Assembly (NCBI RefSeq): GCF_004010195.1 | Contig: NC_057718.1 | Coordinates: forward strand, 95,307,570 to 95,364,848 | From: Chiloscyllium plagiosum | Taxonomy: Eukaryota | DNA length: 57,279 nucleotides | Direction: 5' to 3' | Shown here: piece after piece, positions 38,383 through 52,016 of the stretch | How the letters are laid out: each line of letters starts with the position of its first letter | Position numbering within the stretch: the stretch's first letter is position 1 | Program-made: the position numbers and the translations under genes | The notes under the pieces: generated by a model | Databases searched by the model: none | The model's input: the letters and a program-made list of their open reading frames with translations, nothing else | Told to the model about the DNA's origin: nothing

Positions 38383-39964
38383 AGTTTTCCAGTTTTATGA
38401 CTTTATGGTGATGACATGTCTCCTTTAGACAGGCAGTTGGTAAACAGCTTTGAATTCTTCCTGGATGCATTTTTTAAAAGTAAGACAAAAGAATCATGAG
38501 AGGACAGGGTCAGGCACATACACCGATTCAAAAGGATTTTGGTTTTGCTTTCAGTTAGTTGGTGGATTTTGCTGGCTGCTGGAGCTTAAATCTTGAGTTC
38601 TCTGCTGCTCGAGGCAAGTCTTAGACAGAGATGCTTCCTCTTAAAAATCAAAAGGGGCAGATTGTTTCTTTCGGTGTTTGTTTCAACTGGACTGGAGAGA
38701 GAAAGCATGTGAGAATAGTAACTATTGCTGAAATGTTTATGGGATGCTGCCTCTATTGGAACAGTCAAAGATTAGTGGTTAAATAATACATTATGTCTTA
38801 AGTATTTCAATAGAGTATAACTATGCCAATTCTTCCTTTTGTTGTATATTACCTGTGTGCAAGAGTAAAATGTGTTTCATTAAAGCTTAGTGGTAGACCA
38901 ATCGGATCATATCTAGACATAGCGCCTTACACTTGCCTTTTTGAAAAAATAAACGTTAGGGTCTAGGCAGTCTCCATAACCTACTTTGAGGGGTTCTGGT
39001 CTGGTCCATAACATTCTTAGATCAGCTGATTGAGTTTTGATAAAGCCTTATGTCATAGACTAAATGAGAAGTGCTCTGATCTGACAATTTATTTCATTCT
39101 ATTCATAAGGCTTATGAAAAATGTGAAGTATCCCAACTGAGTGTAAACTTTCATATTAATTAATGATTATTGACCTAACTGTGACAGTCACAGCATTGGC
39201 ATTGAAAATGCCCAGAGTATGCTGCATTTAAGTAAATAATTCATTTCACATATCTCATGTCATTATATGAAAAAAAAACCTTTGGCAAAACTTCACTGAT
39301 GAATCTAACTGGGCTTGTTTTCAATGGAGCCTCAGATGAATTATGTTGTCAATCGATTGCTGGATTAATTTCTTCCTCGTATTGTACATGGAATGAAATG
39401 AAAACCAGGTTTAAATTCAGAAATAGTTGGAGCATTCATTGCATTCTATAGTTAATGGAATAGCACTTTAAAAAGAAAATGAACAATTCTGCACAGAAAC
39501 ACAAATGTTCCTGTCTTGTCTAATCCTGATTCATGTTGTAGAAGCTGATCAAAATTAAATTAAGGCTGCTGCAACCTGAACAATAGGCTTTTTAAAAAAC
39601 AATTGTGCTGGATGCTGTGTCATCCTGTTGCATTTTAAAAATTAGATTCTACACAGAGACTCATAAACATAGTTTTTTAATATTTGTTGTGTTTCAATTC
39701 GGATTAATCTGTGTTCTGCAGATAACAGACCATGACTGAGTCACAGAGTGACAAGTCACTGGCCTGTTTGATATTAACTTACCTGTACAACTCTCTTAAT
39801 AACAGTTATTTTTCACTAGAAATAACTTGATACATTCAGAGTATCAGCGTTTTGATAACCGGAAAGTGCCAATAATGAAAGAAAAATGATAATTCCTTTA
39901 CTAAATTACTGTCAGTCAAATGATCATCTTTCTTCCTTTTCTTAGCTTGGATGAATGATTATAG

Positions 39965-40086
39965 ACAAAAAAAACTGAAGTTGCTGGAACCCAAAATAGA
40001 CAGGTAGGAGGCTGGAAGAATACAGCAAGCCAGGCAGCATCAGGAGGTGGAGAAGTTTACATTTCGGTTGGGTCTTGAAGAAGGGA
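39965..40086 (-). repeat. Penelope pLTR fragment
   Basis: 'gctggaagaatacagcaagccaggcagcatcagg'. Confidence 0.65.
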
Positions 40087-40744
40087 TGAATGAAAATAGC
40101 TTGAGTCGCACCATTCTGCATCAAGCCTCACTGATGAGGAATCTCTTCCATTTTCAGCAGCTGCCCTGGATTATCAACCTCTGTGGGTGCTTTCACACAA
40201 TGGTTTCATAGACAACTAGGAATGCAGAGCATCTGATTTCAGGGGCAGGGAGTTACCAACTGAACCACAAGCCTCCGAATGTCACCTATGATACAGTAAA
40301 TAGCATGGAATTATTTCTTCCTATAAATGAAATATACAATTTGTTAGTAGGACTAAGAGATCACGAAATTAAAATTGTGCAAAACTATTACACTATTAAT
40401 CAGTATATTTTGACAGTGCGTTTGCCTATTATTTTTAAATCTATGATCTTGCTTCCTTCTCTAATATTATTTAACAATATAGAATTAGGAACAGGTGTGG
40501 GCCATATAGATAGGGTGGTTACGAAAGCACTGAGCATACTAGCATCCATTGCTCAGTATAGAACTTGGGACATTATGTTGCGTGTGTACAAGATGTTGGC
40601 GAGGCATCATCTGGAGCACTGTGTCAAATTCTGGTAGCCCTATTGTAGGAAGGATATGATTAAGCTGAAGAGAGTTCAGAAAAAAATTACCAGGATGTTG
40701 CCAGGAATGATCGGATTGAGTTTGTAAGGGGAGACTGGATAGAC

Positions 40745-41141
40745 TGATTAGACTTCCTACAGTGTGGAAACAGGCCCTTCGGCTCATCAAGTCCACGCCG
40801 ACCCTCCGAAGAGTAACCCATCCAGACTCATTTCCCTCTGACTAATGCACCTAATACTATGGGCAATTTAGCATGGCCAATTCACTTGGGAGGATTGTGG
40901 GAGGAAACTAGAGCACCCGGAGGTGTACTTTTATTTGGCATCATAAGCAGCATCTTATTAAGTTAGCTAAACGGCAATTGCCTCACAGACTGGGGGGAGT
41001 GGATCTCCCAGGCATTAAAAATTATACAGACACAGGGAGAATGTGCAAGCTCCACACAGACAGTCACCTGTAGCAGGAATTGAACCTAGGTCCGTGGCGT
41101 TCTGAGGCAGAAGTGCTAACCACTGAGCCACTGTGCTGCCC
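40745..41141 (-). mobile_element. HE1-type V-SINE carrying an internal L1 fragment
   Basis: SINE motifs on both sides of 40924-41025. Confidence 0.85.
40924..41025 (+). mobile_element. L1-clade ORF2 internal fragment
   Basis: FIWHHKQHLIKLAKRQLPHRLGGVDLPGIKNY matches the L1 FIW..K...I....L..P...GG..LP...Y motif. Confidence 0.7.
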
Positions 41142-42329
41142 ATATGATAGGCTGGGACTTTTTTCACTGAAGCATAGGAGGTTGAGGGATTACCTTATAG
41201 AAGTTTATAAAATCATGATGGGTATAGATAAGGTGAATGGCAGGTGTCTTTTCTCTACTGTCGGGGATCTCAAGACTGGGGGCATATTTTAAGGTGATGA
41301 TTTAAAAAAGGCATGGGGGCAATTTTTTTACACAGAGTGGTTTGTGTGTAGAATGAACCTCCAGAGAAAATGGTGGATATGGGTACAGTTACAACAATTA
41401 GAATACACTTAGATAAGTACATGAATCAGAAATATTTGGAGGGAAGTGGCACAGGCAGGCAAGGACTAGTTGAGTTTGGAATTATAGTCGGTGTGGACTG
41501 GTTGGACTGAAGGATCTGTTTCTGTGATGCACAACTCTATGACCCTATATCGATCTTAAGCCTGCTCCACCATTCGATCAATCAAAGCTGATCTTTGATC
41601 TCAACTCATTTTCTTACCCAATCCACATACAGATAGACTCCAAATATAAATTCATTCTATCTACAAATGCCCAAAAGTGAGCATCCGCAATGATTGGTGC
41701 TTTACTGTGAGACTGGGCCTCTATATTCCAGACACTTTAGCTGGGTAAAACAACTTCTCAACATCTGCTCATCAAGCACCCTCAAAATCTTATGTTTCAA
41801 TGTTTCAGATCTCAAAAATTGATTCCCTCTGCAAAATATACGATTTTCATTAAAGATTCAGGTAAAATTTCTTATGCCCGATTAACTGAAATATCTGGTG
41901 AATTAGCATTCAGTTAAGCTCATGCAATACTGTGCACATCCTCTTCTGAGCTGGCAAGAGTTCAGATAATTAAAGTGTTTTATGCAAATAGATCAATTGA
42001 ATAATACCTTAAACAGTAAATAAATCAACCTGTCAATGGTTGAGTACACAATCTATAGCCATAGTAGTGAAGGAGGAATAAAGTTGCTCCAAAGCTTATT
42101 GCACTATAGGGTGCAGTTGGTCAAAGTTGTGTTGACCTTTTCCCCCAGAAATTTAAAATTCATTAATAGGCTAAAATAGGGAAAATTCCCAAACCTACAG
42201 CTATTCAGGTTGTTCACATTAAATGAATATTGTTTTAAACTGGCATCACAAAACAGTTTATCCCATTAAATGTCAATCAGAATTCTATATTACCGAGGAA
42301 TCTAGATGTTCCACAGTTTAAGTCGAAAA

Positions 42330-42945
42330 AGGTGAGTATGTGGATACAGCGTGTGATCAAGAAGTTGCTATCCTTTTTTACAGGAGGAATAGAACATAAG
42401 AGTTAAGAGATTGTGCTTTAAATTTACAGGGTTTGGATGAGGCCACATCTTGAATACTTTGTGCAATTTTGATCTCATTATTAAAGGAAGGATATAAATA
42501 CATTGGAAGCGGTTCAAAGGAGGTTTACAAGATTTGGAGTGAATGGGTTGTCGTATAAGGAAAGGTTGGACAGGCTAGGCCTGGTCCCACTGGAGCTTAG
42601 AAGAGAGAGGAATGACTTGGTTGAAGTTTATAAGATCTTGAGCAAATGGAAAGGATTTTGCCTTTTGTGGGTTAGTCCAGATATTGGAGACGCTGTTTTC
42701 AAATTAGGGGTCACCTCTTCAAGGGAAAGAGAAGGAGAGTTTTTTTCTCTCTCTCTCTCTCAGAGGTTTTTGCACCTTTATGCCTGAGTAGACGGTGGAG
42801 GCAGAGTCATTCAATATTTTTAAGACAGAAATAGATATACTGTATTCTTGTCAGGCAGGGAATCAAAGATTATTGGGGTGTGTGTGGGTAAATGGAATTG
42901 GAAACACAGATGATTTGTGACCTTTTTGAATGGCAAAACACTTGC
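42330..42945 (+). mobile_element. CR1 LINE 3' fragment
   Basis: EAVQRRFTR..GLSYKERLDRLGL..LELRR.RNDLVEVYKIL. Confidence 0.88.
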
Positions 42946-43639
42946 AATGTCACAACATGGCTATGCACGTATTGCTGGAAAATGGCACTACTTTAGATTT
43001 AGTGTAGCTTTGGTTGCACAGACTTGATGGACTGAAGGGTCTCCTCTGTTCTGTACAATTCTGTGAGCAGGCTTGAGAGATCAAATTGTCCAGCTCTGCT
43101 TCTGTTTTGTATGTTTGTCTGATCTGATCATTTTTATAGCCACAATTCTTGCCTATACACAATGTGTATCTTCATTTTGTTGACACAGTTTTTAATTTCT
43201 TCTCAAGAAAGAAATAAATTCAAGCTGAAGATGAAACAAAAAAAAACTCAATGTTAGATTTTTAGCAATGTCAAGGCAACATTTTAATGTTGAAAACTTT
43301 ACTGCATTTAATTTTGAAAGTCTTTTTCATGTCTTTTACCCCTAAAATGTCCCTTATATCATGAAGCAGATGCACAAAATCTTAAAAAAGAAAGTTGCAC
43401 ACCAATTAAGTATTTTGAATCCCAAATGAAGGATTTTTCACTTTACATTAATTTTTTATCCTGAAGTACCAAGCTGACGATAAATATTTAAAGCTTGTTT
43501 ATATAAGATTTTTACTCTTAAAATAGCTTTCACTCCAAAGGACTGTAAAAGGAGAAAGGAATCTGTACATGCTATCAAATTGATTGGTGGCCTTGTGGAA
43601 AAATATAGCGTTTGTTGCTACTTATGAGTTTAAGGATTA

Positions 43640-44075
43640 TGGGCACAGGACAGGGTAGTCTAGACCTGTATCCTCTGGAGTTTAGAAAAGTCAAAGGTGA
43701 CTTAACTGAAACTTATATGATCCTGAGAGGACTTGACCAGGTGATGTGGAAAGGATATTTTCTCTTGTGGCATAATCGAGAAGCAGGGGTCATGTTTTAA
43801 AAACAAGAGGTCTCCCATTTAAGGCATTTTTTTTTCTCTCAGAGCTTGAGTGTCTTTGGAATTCCCTTCCTCAAATGGCAGTGGATGCAGAACCTTTATA
43901 TATTTTAAAATAGAAGTAAATAGATAGATTTGTGATGACAAAGGGGGGATGAAAGATTTTCAGGGGATGTGCAAGAATGTGGAGTTGAAGTTAAAACCTG
44001 ATAGCCATGATCTTATTGACTGGTGGAGCAGGTATAAATGGCCAAGTGGCTGACTCTTGCTACTTGTTTGTATGT
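43640..44075 (+). mobile_element. CR1 LINE 3' fragment
   Basis: LYPLEFRKVKGDLTETY. Confidence 0.85.
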
Positions 44076-44077
44076 AA

Positions 44078-44672
44078 TGTGATGATGCTGTCGCTTTAAC
44101 GGTTATTTTGTCCTGTTTTATTTTGAAGAAAGATTGTAAGGCAGAGTTGAGCAGTGCTGAGCAATCTAGGTTAATGTAAACAGCTTGGGAGGAGTTTTTT
44201 TCGGTCACTGATCCAGATTTCAGGGTTTTGGTTTCTTCAATAGCATCAGAAACTATTGGGGTCTCAACAGAGTTGGAAGCTTCAGTGAATGTCTCCTAGC
44301 TGCTACTCTTTCTGGATTTTCTCCTGATTTACTTTCCTCCTGGATTCGAGAACTGCATGTGAGAATCTGTGTCTGAATTTGCTTTTTTGCCAAGGGGTGT
44401 GCTTATGGGATGTTACTACATTAGAACAGTTCATTAATAATAGTTTGTGTAACTGTTATTCTGTAAAGTTTTCCAATAGACTTACGTTATTCCAAATTCC
44501 TCTTTATTTGGTTGTATTTTATCTTCAGCGTTTACATAAACTGTTTAATGTCAAGAGTTTGACCAGTCGCATTGTATCTGGAACAGGCGCTTCATATTTG
44601 CCTTTAAAAATAGGAAAAAGTCTTGGCTACCTTCTTAAAATATTTTGAGGGGGTCTGGTCTGGTCCATGACA
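44078..44672 (+). mobile_element. Solo LTR
   Basis: TGTGATG...CATGACA; homologous to 48764-49390 and to the ends of 36979-39013. Confidence 0.72.
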
Positions 44673-45589
44673 GTGTATGGATTGAAGGCAGGACAGCTGT
44701 ATTTGAGCAGAAGGTAAGCTACTGTGTTCAGGTTGGGGATGGGGATGGGGGGCCCAGGCCAATTGCAGAATCAGGGGATGTGATTTCTGTCCCTGCCTTT
44801 CCTTTTGGCCACAGAGGGTGAGTCATAAAGCAGTTTAACAAGCAAATCCTTCCATTACTTCCCCACTATTTCTCAAACAGATGGTATGCCAAAATATGTT
44901 GATTTATTATAAAGGAATTAAGGAGATCACTGGCACTCTTAGCACTGTGGAATATAAAACCCCATTTCCCAGTGACAACTGGCTACAGTAATACTCTGTG
45001 TTCCAAATGTCTGCTTCCTAGTTTAAAATAATGAATCAATTTCAGGGCAAAAATAACCTGGCCTGACAAATTTCCAGCAAAGTCCTAGTTTCCTGTCACC
45101 CGACTGTCATCATGTTTTATGACCCATCTTCGATGTTCTAAAACTTGTCAAATGTAGTGAAGATTCCAATTTAGAGATTGCGAGATGTTCCTTTTGAGGG
45201 GTGAGTTTCCTGCTCCCAAAAATGCCCCCTTCCTCAAACCAAGCCATGCCCACCTCCTGCTGTGCCACTCTGTGTGAGCTGATATTTGAAGACTTCTTTT
45301 GGTAACCACCTCGTGGCTTGAGTTTTTGATGATCTAAATGTGTAATTTCCCATTTTCATCACAATGAGGAGTGGGTACAATCCATTGCTGCTTGGTTACC
45401 TCATCAGTATCAAGTCACAGTTAAGGGCATAATCAAAATCGAAAAGTGAGATGCATTTATTTTATTGAAAGGTTTATAATGAAATTTCAATAATTCTGCA
45501 AGGTCTCACCAAGTCCCAGCTTGTATTCCACATGAAAACAAAGAGAACATTCAGGCAAAAAAAAAGGTCAAGAGTAATATAATTCGTAT

Positions 45590-46568
45590 CCCCAGGAGTT
45601 TCATGTAGACAGGGTAGTGAAGAAGGTGTATGCTTGCCTTTATTGGTCAGAGTATTGAGTATAGGAGGTGGGATGTCATAGGGGTGGCACGGTGGCTCAG
45701 TGGTTAGCACTGCTACCTCACAGCACCAGGGTCCCAGGCTTGATTCCAGCCTCAGGCAACTGTCTGTGTGGAGTTTGCACATTCTCCCCTTGTCTGCGTG
45801 GGTTTCTTCCGGGTGCTGTGGTTTCCTCCCACAGTCCAACGATGTGCAGGTCAGGTGAATTGGCCATTCTAAATTACCCGTAGTGTTAGGTGCATTAGTC
45901 AGAAGGAAATGGGTCTGGGTGGGTTACTCTTCAGAGGGTCAGTGTGGACTGGTTGGGCCAAAGGGCCTGTTTCCACACTGTAGGGAATCTAATCAAATCA
46001 TTGTGGCTGTACAGGACATTGGTTATGCCACTTTTGGAATACTGCATGCAATTCTGATTTCTCTGCTACAGGAAGAATGTTGTGAAACTGGAAAGGGTTC
46101 AGAGAAGATTTACAAGGATGTTGCCAGGGTTGGAAGGTTTCAGCTATAGGGAGAGGCTAGATAGGCAGGAGCTGTTTTCCCTGGAGCGTCAGAAGCTGAG
46201 GGGTGACCTCATAGAGGTTTATAAAATCATGAGGGACATGGATAGGGTGAATAGCTAAAGTCATTTGCCCCAGGATAGGAGAGTCAAAAAATAGAGGGCA
46301 AAGATTCAAGGTGAGAGGGGAAAGATTTTAAAGAGACCTGAGGGGCAACCTTTTTATGCAGAGGGTGGTGCATGTAGGAAATGAGCTGCCAGAAGAAGTG
46401 GTGAAGGTTGGTGCATTAGCAACATTTAAAAGGCATCTGGATGGGTATAGGAATAGATAGGGCCAAACGTTGGCAAATGGGACTAGATAAGTTTAGGATA
46501 TGGAGTCGATGTGGTTGAGTTGTACTGAAGGGTCTGTTTCCATGCTGTACAATACTATGACTCTGTGA
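45590..46568 (+). mobile_element. CR1/HER1 LINE 3' fragment with a nested HE1 SINE
   Basis: 'ctgaggggtgacctcatagaggtttataaaatcatg'; tail 'tatgactctgtgact'. Confidence 0.88.
45681..45998 (+). mobile_element. HE1-type V-SINE, full length
   Basis: GGGGTGGCACGGTGGCTCAGTGGTTAGCACTGC head, V-domain, 'gggaatctaatc' tail. Confidence 0.92.
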
Positions 46569-47249
46569 CTGTATAAATCTTACACCCGAGTTCCTTTTTC
46601 ATTCATTAATAGCATCATTCTCATAGATTTAATTCTCCATTCCTGGCAACATTCCCACGAATCTCCTCTGTATTCTCTTGAGGGGGTCCCATGCTTCCTG
46701 CAATGCTCTAGTTATTAATAATCATTTAAAAAGTTCTAGTATAATCTCCCTTCACCTTGGGTTGAGATTTTGCTCTCAAGCTTGGAGGTAGAAAATGTCT
46801 CGACCGCCACCTCAGGAAGCTATGCCTCAGATTTTTTCATTTCCATTGTCCCCAAAATGATGTGGATGCAGTCATAGCTCTTGACAGATGAGGAGATTGT
46901 GGTGTGTGAGTACCTTCACATTCTTGGACTTAGAAGAGGAAGAATAAAACAAATTTAAAAATACACAGCCTGCTAGCCCTCACTCCTCGCCCACCCACAC
47001 CACATGCCCAATCCATGCCACTGAACCCCAATGTCCCTCAGACCATCCATGCCAAACTGCATTATTAAGCTGTCAATATTTGACAAAGCTTTCTTTTTGC
47101 ATTATGGTCCTTGAAATCTGCAGTGTTCTCAATTTAAGTGTCCTCCTGCATTCCTTAATAGAACCATATTTGTTCAGAAACGTCACTATCTCCTCCTACT
47201 CTTATTCCTTGAACACCTCCTACTACTCCAACGCTAATGTTGCATTCAA

Positions 47250-48375
47250 GGGCAGGCAATGGTAAGGTACTAATGTCACTGGACTTGTAATCCAGAACCC
47301 CAGTTTTCTGAGGAATTTGGTTTAACTCCAGCCTGTGGCAGTTTTTTTATTCATTCATGGAATGTGGGCGTCACTGGCTAGACCAGCATTTATTGCCCAG
47401 AGGGCAGACCAGGTATGGATGATGAAGGGCTCTTGCCCGAAACATTGATTCACCTGTTCCTTGGATGCTGCCTGACCTGCTGTCCTTTTCCATTTCACGA
47501 CTCTGATCTCCAGCATCTGCAGTCCTCACTTTTCCCCAGGTAAGGATAGCAATTTCCTTCCCTCAAGGACATAAGTGAACAAGGTGGATTTTTCCAATAA
47601 TCGACAATGGAGTCTTGGTCATTATTAGATTATCAATTCCAGATTCTTATTAATCCAAATTCCCCCATCTGCAGTGGTGGGATTTGAACCTGGGTTCTGC
47701 AGGATTTTATTGGAGTCTCTGGATTAATAGTCTACTGATAATACTGCCAGGTGATGGTGTCCCCTGAAATGGTGGTAAAACAAAAGGTAAGATCTGAATT
47801 CAATAATTTAAACTAAAACAGAATAAAAACCTAACCAAAGGACAAAGATGTTACCACTGTCAATTGTCGTTAAAGCCCACATCATTCACTAATGTCCAAT
47901 AGAATCACTACAGTGTGAAAGCTGCCATTTGGCCCATCAAGACCACACTGATCCTCTGAAGAGCATCCCACCCAGATCCAATCCATCTCTATACCTCCCA
48001 TCGCTAATTCACCTAACCTGCACACTATGGCCAATTTTGCATGACCAGTTCACCTAACCTGTACATCGTTGAACTGTGGGAGGAAACCAGAATACCTAGA
48101 GGAAACCTGCATATACACAAGAGAGCGTGTGCAAACACCACACATTGGTTGGAATCAAACCCAAGTCCGTGGGTGCTGTGCGGCAACAGAATTAATCATT
48201 GAGTTACCATGCTGCTCATGATTGGGCACGAAATCTGCTGTCCTTACTCAGTCTGACCTACCTGTGATTCTAGACCCACAGCAATGAGGTTGACTCTTAC
48301 CTGTCCTGCAGGTTGGTTGATGAATGGTAACAAATGCTGGCCTAGCCAATGACCAGCATACCCCTGGACAAATAA
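47250..48375 (+). mobile_element. Nested SINE cluster: Deu-type SINE (+) containing an inverted Deu-type SINE (~47345-47765) with a pLTR piece (~47419-47535), plus HE1 (-) at ~47900-48215
   Basis: 'aatgtcactggacttgtaatccag', 'ttcactaatgtcc', 'gacccacagcaatgaggttgactctta' motifs and reverse-complement counterparts. Confidence 0.6.
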
Positions 48376-48763
48376 AAAATGTAGCCATTTCCTGTCCACA
48401 TTCAGTATTCACATCTCAGATGAGTAAACTGGATTTTTACTCTGGGGAAAGAGTAAAATTGCTGGTCTCCCTTTTCCATGGGCATGCCAATGCTGACGGA
48501 AATTTGTTTGCAAGCACCAAAATTCTCTGCATGCAACATCTTTGTGCTTAGCTTCATTCCCTAAAACTACATCCAGAACTGTGAAAACTCTTTAGTGCTG
48601 CTTTATCCTGAAGCAGGAGAGTTTCTGGCCATAACTTACTGGGTTTAAAATTGGGGTCACAGTACTTCCTTTATAGTGATCAGAAGTTCTTCTCGGTAAG
48701 TGAAACATTTAAACGTTTACTGGCTCTGCACCCTTAACATCTCCCGATAAACCACTTCACCAT

Positions 48764-49390
48764 CGTTATGTCTTCTGACAATGCCATGGCTTTTTCGTTT
48801 TGAAGAGAAGTTGTAAGGCAGAGGTATCGAGCAGTCTACCTAAACCACTATAGTAAACAGCTTGTGAGGCCTTAGATTTTTTTTTAAAGTTGGAACAATA
48901 GAAACAGCCTGGCTGGGTGTGGCCAGCTCTCAGACCAGGATTTCTAGGTTTTTTTTAGTTTTTTGGTTTAGCTTTAAGCAGTTGCTGTTGTGGGCTTGAA
49001 GAAGTGGAAGCTATTTTAACCTCTCTCAATTACAGCCAAAAGCTGGGGGTTCTGTTCCTATGCTGCTAGATTGCAGCTCTATTTTTCAGTATTTGCATTT
49101 TTGCCAAGTGTTGTGCTAATTGGATGTTACTATGTTGGAACAGATAATTGGTAATAGTGACTTTATCTAATATTCTGTTTTTCAGTGGAGTTAGGTTATT
49201 CTAAATTCTTCTTTCTTTGGTTGTATTTTAACTACAGTGTTTAAATAAATGGTGCTTTGCTTAACATCGAATAGTTTGACCAATCCCATTGCGTCTGAAA
49301 CACGACACTTAACTTTTGCTTATTTTAAAGACAAATGTAAAGATTGAGTCTATCTTCTTAAAATATTTTGAGGGAATCTGGTTCATAACA
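48764..49390 (+). mobile_element. Solo LTR, same family as 44078-44672
   Basis: Shared 'ttgtaaggcagag' and 'cttcttaaaatattttgaggg'; ends 'cataaca'. Confidence 0.7.
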
Positions 49391-49994
49391 GTGTTTGGCT
49401 TTTCGCCATTAACATTCTGACAACAACCCTCACATCTCTTGAAGAAAGAGTGTTTCAGACTTTAGGACCTAATTAAAAATAAATTGAACATTTCCGTTTT
49501 ACTGTTGACCGAGTTAATCCCTTTACCACTAATTGCAATTGATGTTGCGTTGAAAGCCAGGCTCTGCGCACGATTGAAGTGCAATCTTTGTCGAGACTCG
49601 AACAATAACATTTGTGAGCTTTGGATGATACAGTGTGGCATAAAACAAAGGCGTGTTAATAGGACTCGATGTGCAAAAATTGTATTAACCACTGACAAAT
49701 GTTCTAATTCAATAATGGAGACAAAACTACCACATATCAATTACCGATGTGTTTTGACCCAAGATGTAGCACCAGCACTCAGCAACGACTGTTTTCTTTC
49801 ATTGATACTGATAACAAGAAGTTAAGCAGCGGGAACAACATGTCTTTTGGCATTACTTTCACAAGTTATTTAAGCACCGTTGATGGTGTGTGCACAACAC
49901 AAAGATATCGAACAGAAGTATCGTATGCTTCACAGATAAAGAGCAAATCCAGTGAGAAACCTGACAGACTCTTACAGGAACCACCCGGATAGAA

Positions 49995-50453
49995 AATTGT
50001 TGGGGGAAGCGAGAGAAGAAAAAGAGGATACTCTGACAGTTATTTTTCAATCCTCACTTGCTGCAAGAAGGAAGTTTAGGAGGTTGAGGAATGACTTTAT
50101 TGAGGTTTATAAAATGATGAAGGGCATACATAAGGTGAATGGCAAGGGACTTTTCCCTAGGGTGGGGGAGTTCAAAACTAGGGAGCATGTTTTTAAGGTG
50201 AGAACAGAAAGATTTAAAAAGACCCTTAGGGGCAACTTTTTTTTAGACTGAGAGTGGTTCATGTGTGGAGTGAACTGCCAGGGGATGTGACGGATGCAGC
50301 TACAATTTGCAATGTTTAAAAGACATAAATTCAAGAATAGGACATGTTTGGAGGGATATGGGCCAAGTGCAGGTGGTTGGTGCTAGTTTAGTTTGGGAAT
50401 GTGTACTAGTTGGACCGAAGGGTCTGGTTCAGTGCTGTATGACTCTATGACTG
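49995..50453 (+). mobile_element. CR1 LINE fragments (internal deletion)
   Basis: EAREE...IFQSSL joined to RRLRNDFIEVYKMMKG; tail 'tatgactctatgact'. Confidence 0.85.
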
Positions 50454-52016
50454 CTAAAACTTTTTTTTTTAGTTTTAAAAAGTCAAATAGGTTAGATTGA
50501 ATAGACGAAGGGCTAATCTCAGCACTTGATGAGAACACATTCTGAGTGACAAAATAAATCATAATTTCGTAATGAGAACTTAAATCAAGTGCATTTGGTT
50601 TCGGATCATTAAGAGAAGGTCATGTCTGATAAACTAATTTTTTGAGCAGCCTACAAGGTAGTTTTTGTTTACACTTTGTGTCTCTACAGCAACACTCCGG
50701 CATCAGCCACAAAACCTGTCCTCTCAAGTAGCACATAGAGGTACATTGGGAAACACTGACTTGTAGCAATTTTGTGATAGTTTATTGAGATGTAACAGTT
50801 TAGATAAGTTACATCAGTTAATTGAGCAAAGAAAAGTAATATACAATCCATGACAGATGAGAATGCTTTCCCAATGCCGACATGAAGGTGTAGAAGCAGT
50901 GCACCCCCACGTTCCAGATGTCATGCAAACTTTTGTGGTAGCCTTTGGCAGTGTTTGTAGCAGCAGTCCTTTTTCTCCCCTCCATAAATTGTAAGGCAAC
51001 TCCTGGTCTTCTCCCAACAAGATGGTAGTTTGTTCCTGTGGGAGAAAATACGTGTCCCGGCTTCCCCATGACATGGCCACAAAACAGACAACACAAAATG
51101 TCTGCACTTAGCCACTGAGCCTACCCACAATGCCTCAAATTGGCCAAACCAGCCACCCCAGACATCACGCATACCTCAGGACCTGACTCATCCAGCCCCG
51201 GACCAAGAGAATATACTTCTTCAGATTAACTGTTTATGAGCCCCCCACTCCACAATAGCCTAGCCATTGTCTGATGTCCTTAAGGCACAGCTGCAGCCAC
51301 GAGGAATCAAGCCTTCACAAAGGGTACCCAGACAAGGAGGAACCAAAGATACTTCACTTGCCCCCCTCAACTATTTGAACACATCGATACCAGGATGAAA
51401 CCCACTAACACCTACTCCAGCCAAGGATCTCCTGAGTCAATTAAGAAACTTTTTGTGAGACACCGAACACCTGAATCTTTTCAATGATTGAACTTTATTT
51501 CTCTATATTGTACAACTCACACCATTACCTCAGAACTCACACTTCATTGTTGTAAGGGTATACTGTATTCTCTGTTCGGGGAAGAAGCTGTGGTTGCTTC
51601 TGAATAGCCTGTCAGTGACTGTTTCAGTGGGGTCAAGTCTCTTCTATAATATTGCTGTTTATTAAATAAATCTTTGTCAATTCTCAGTTGACCTGTGTGT
51701 TTGCAATCTCTGATTAATTCGGCTAAATTCTCCGACAGTTCCCTTGGTCCCTCTGGATTTAGTCCTCGTTCTTCACCTATCTCTGGTTTTTCAGGTGCTG
51801 GCCCCATCTTTGCTATGTCAATTACCTCTCAAAACCCTCTCAGCCAATGACCATGGATGGCTACTTTTGATGCAGAGATGACAGTTGTCACCTCGCTCAT
51901 CTCCATCTGAAAGTTAGATTTCAATCTTTCTAAGAAGAAAACCTTCTCATGTTCAAAAACATTGCCCCCATAATACGTAGTGTGATGCCCAACAAATCTT
52001 TTGTTTACATGATACC

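Larger units (their letters stand above)
36979..39013 (+). mobile_element. Solo LTR split by nested CR1 and Rex1/Babar insertions
   Basis: Starts TGTGATG and ends 'gtccataaca'; ends homologous to 44078-44672. Confidence 0.65.
40505..41545 (+). mobile_element. CR1/HER1 LINE 3' fragment with a nested HE1 SINE
   Basis: HLEHCVKFW, RLGLFSLKHRRLRDYLIEVYKIM. Confidence 0.88.

Noticed and set aside
49484..49825. Cys-rich 113-aa ORF resembling a secreted Ly6/three-finger protein
   Set aside because: No ATG, lacks the CCxxxxCN end, and cysteine spacing does not fit
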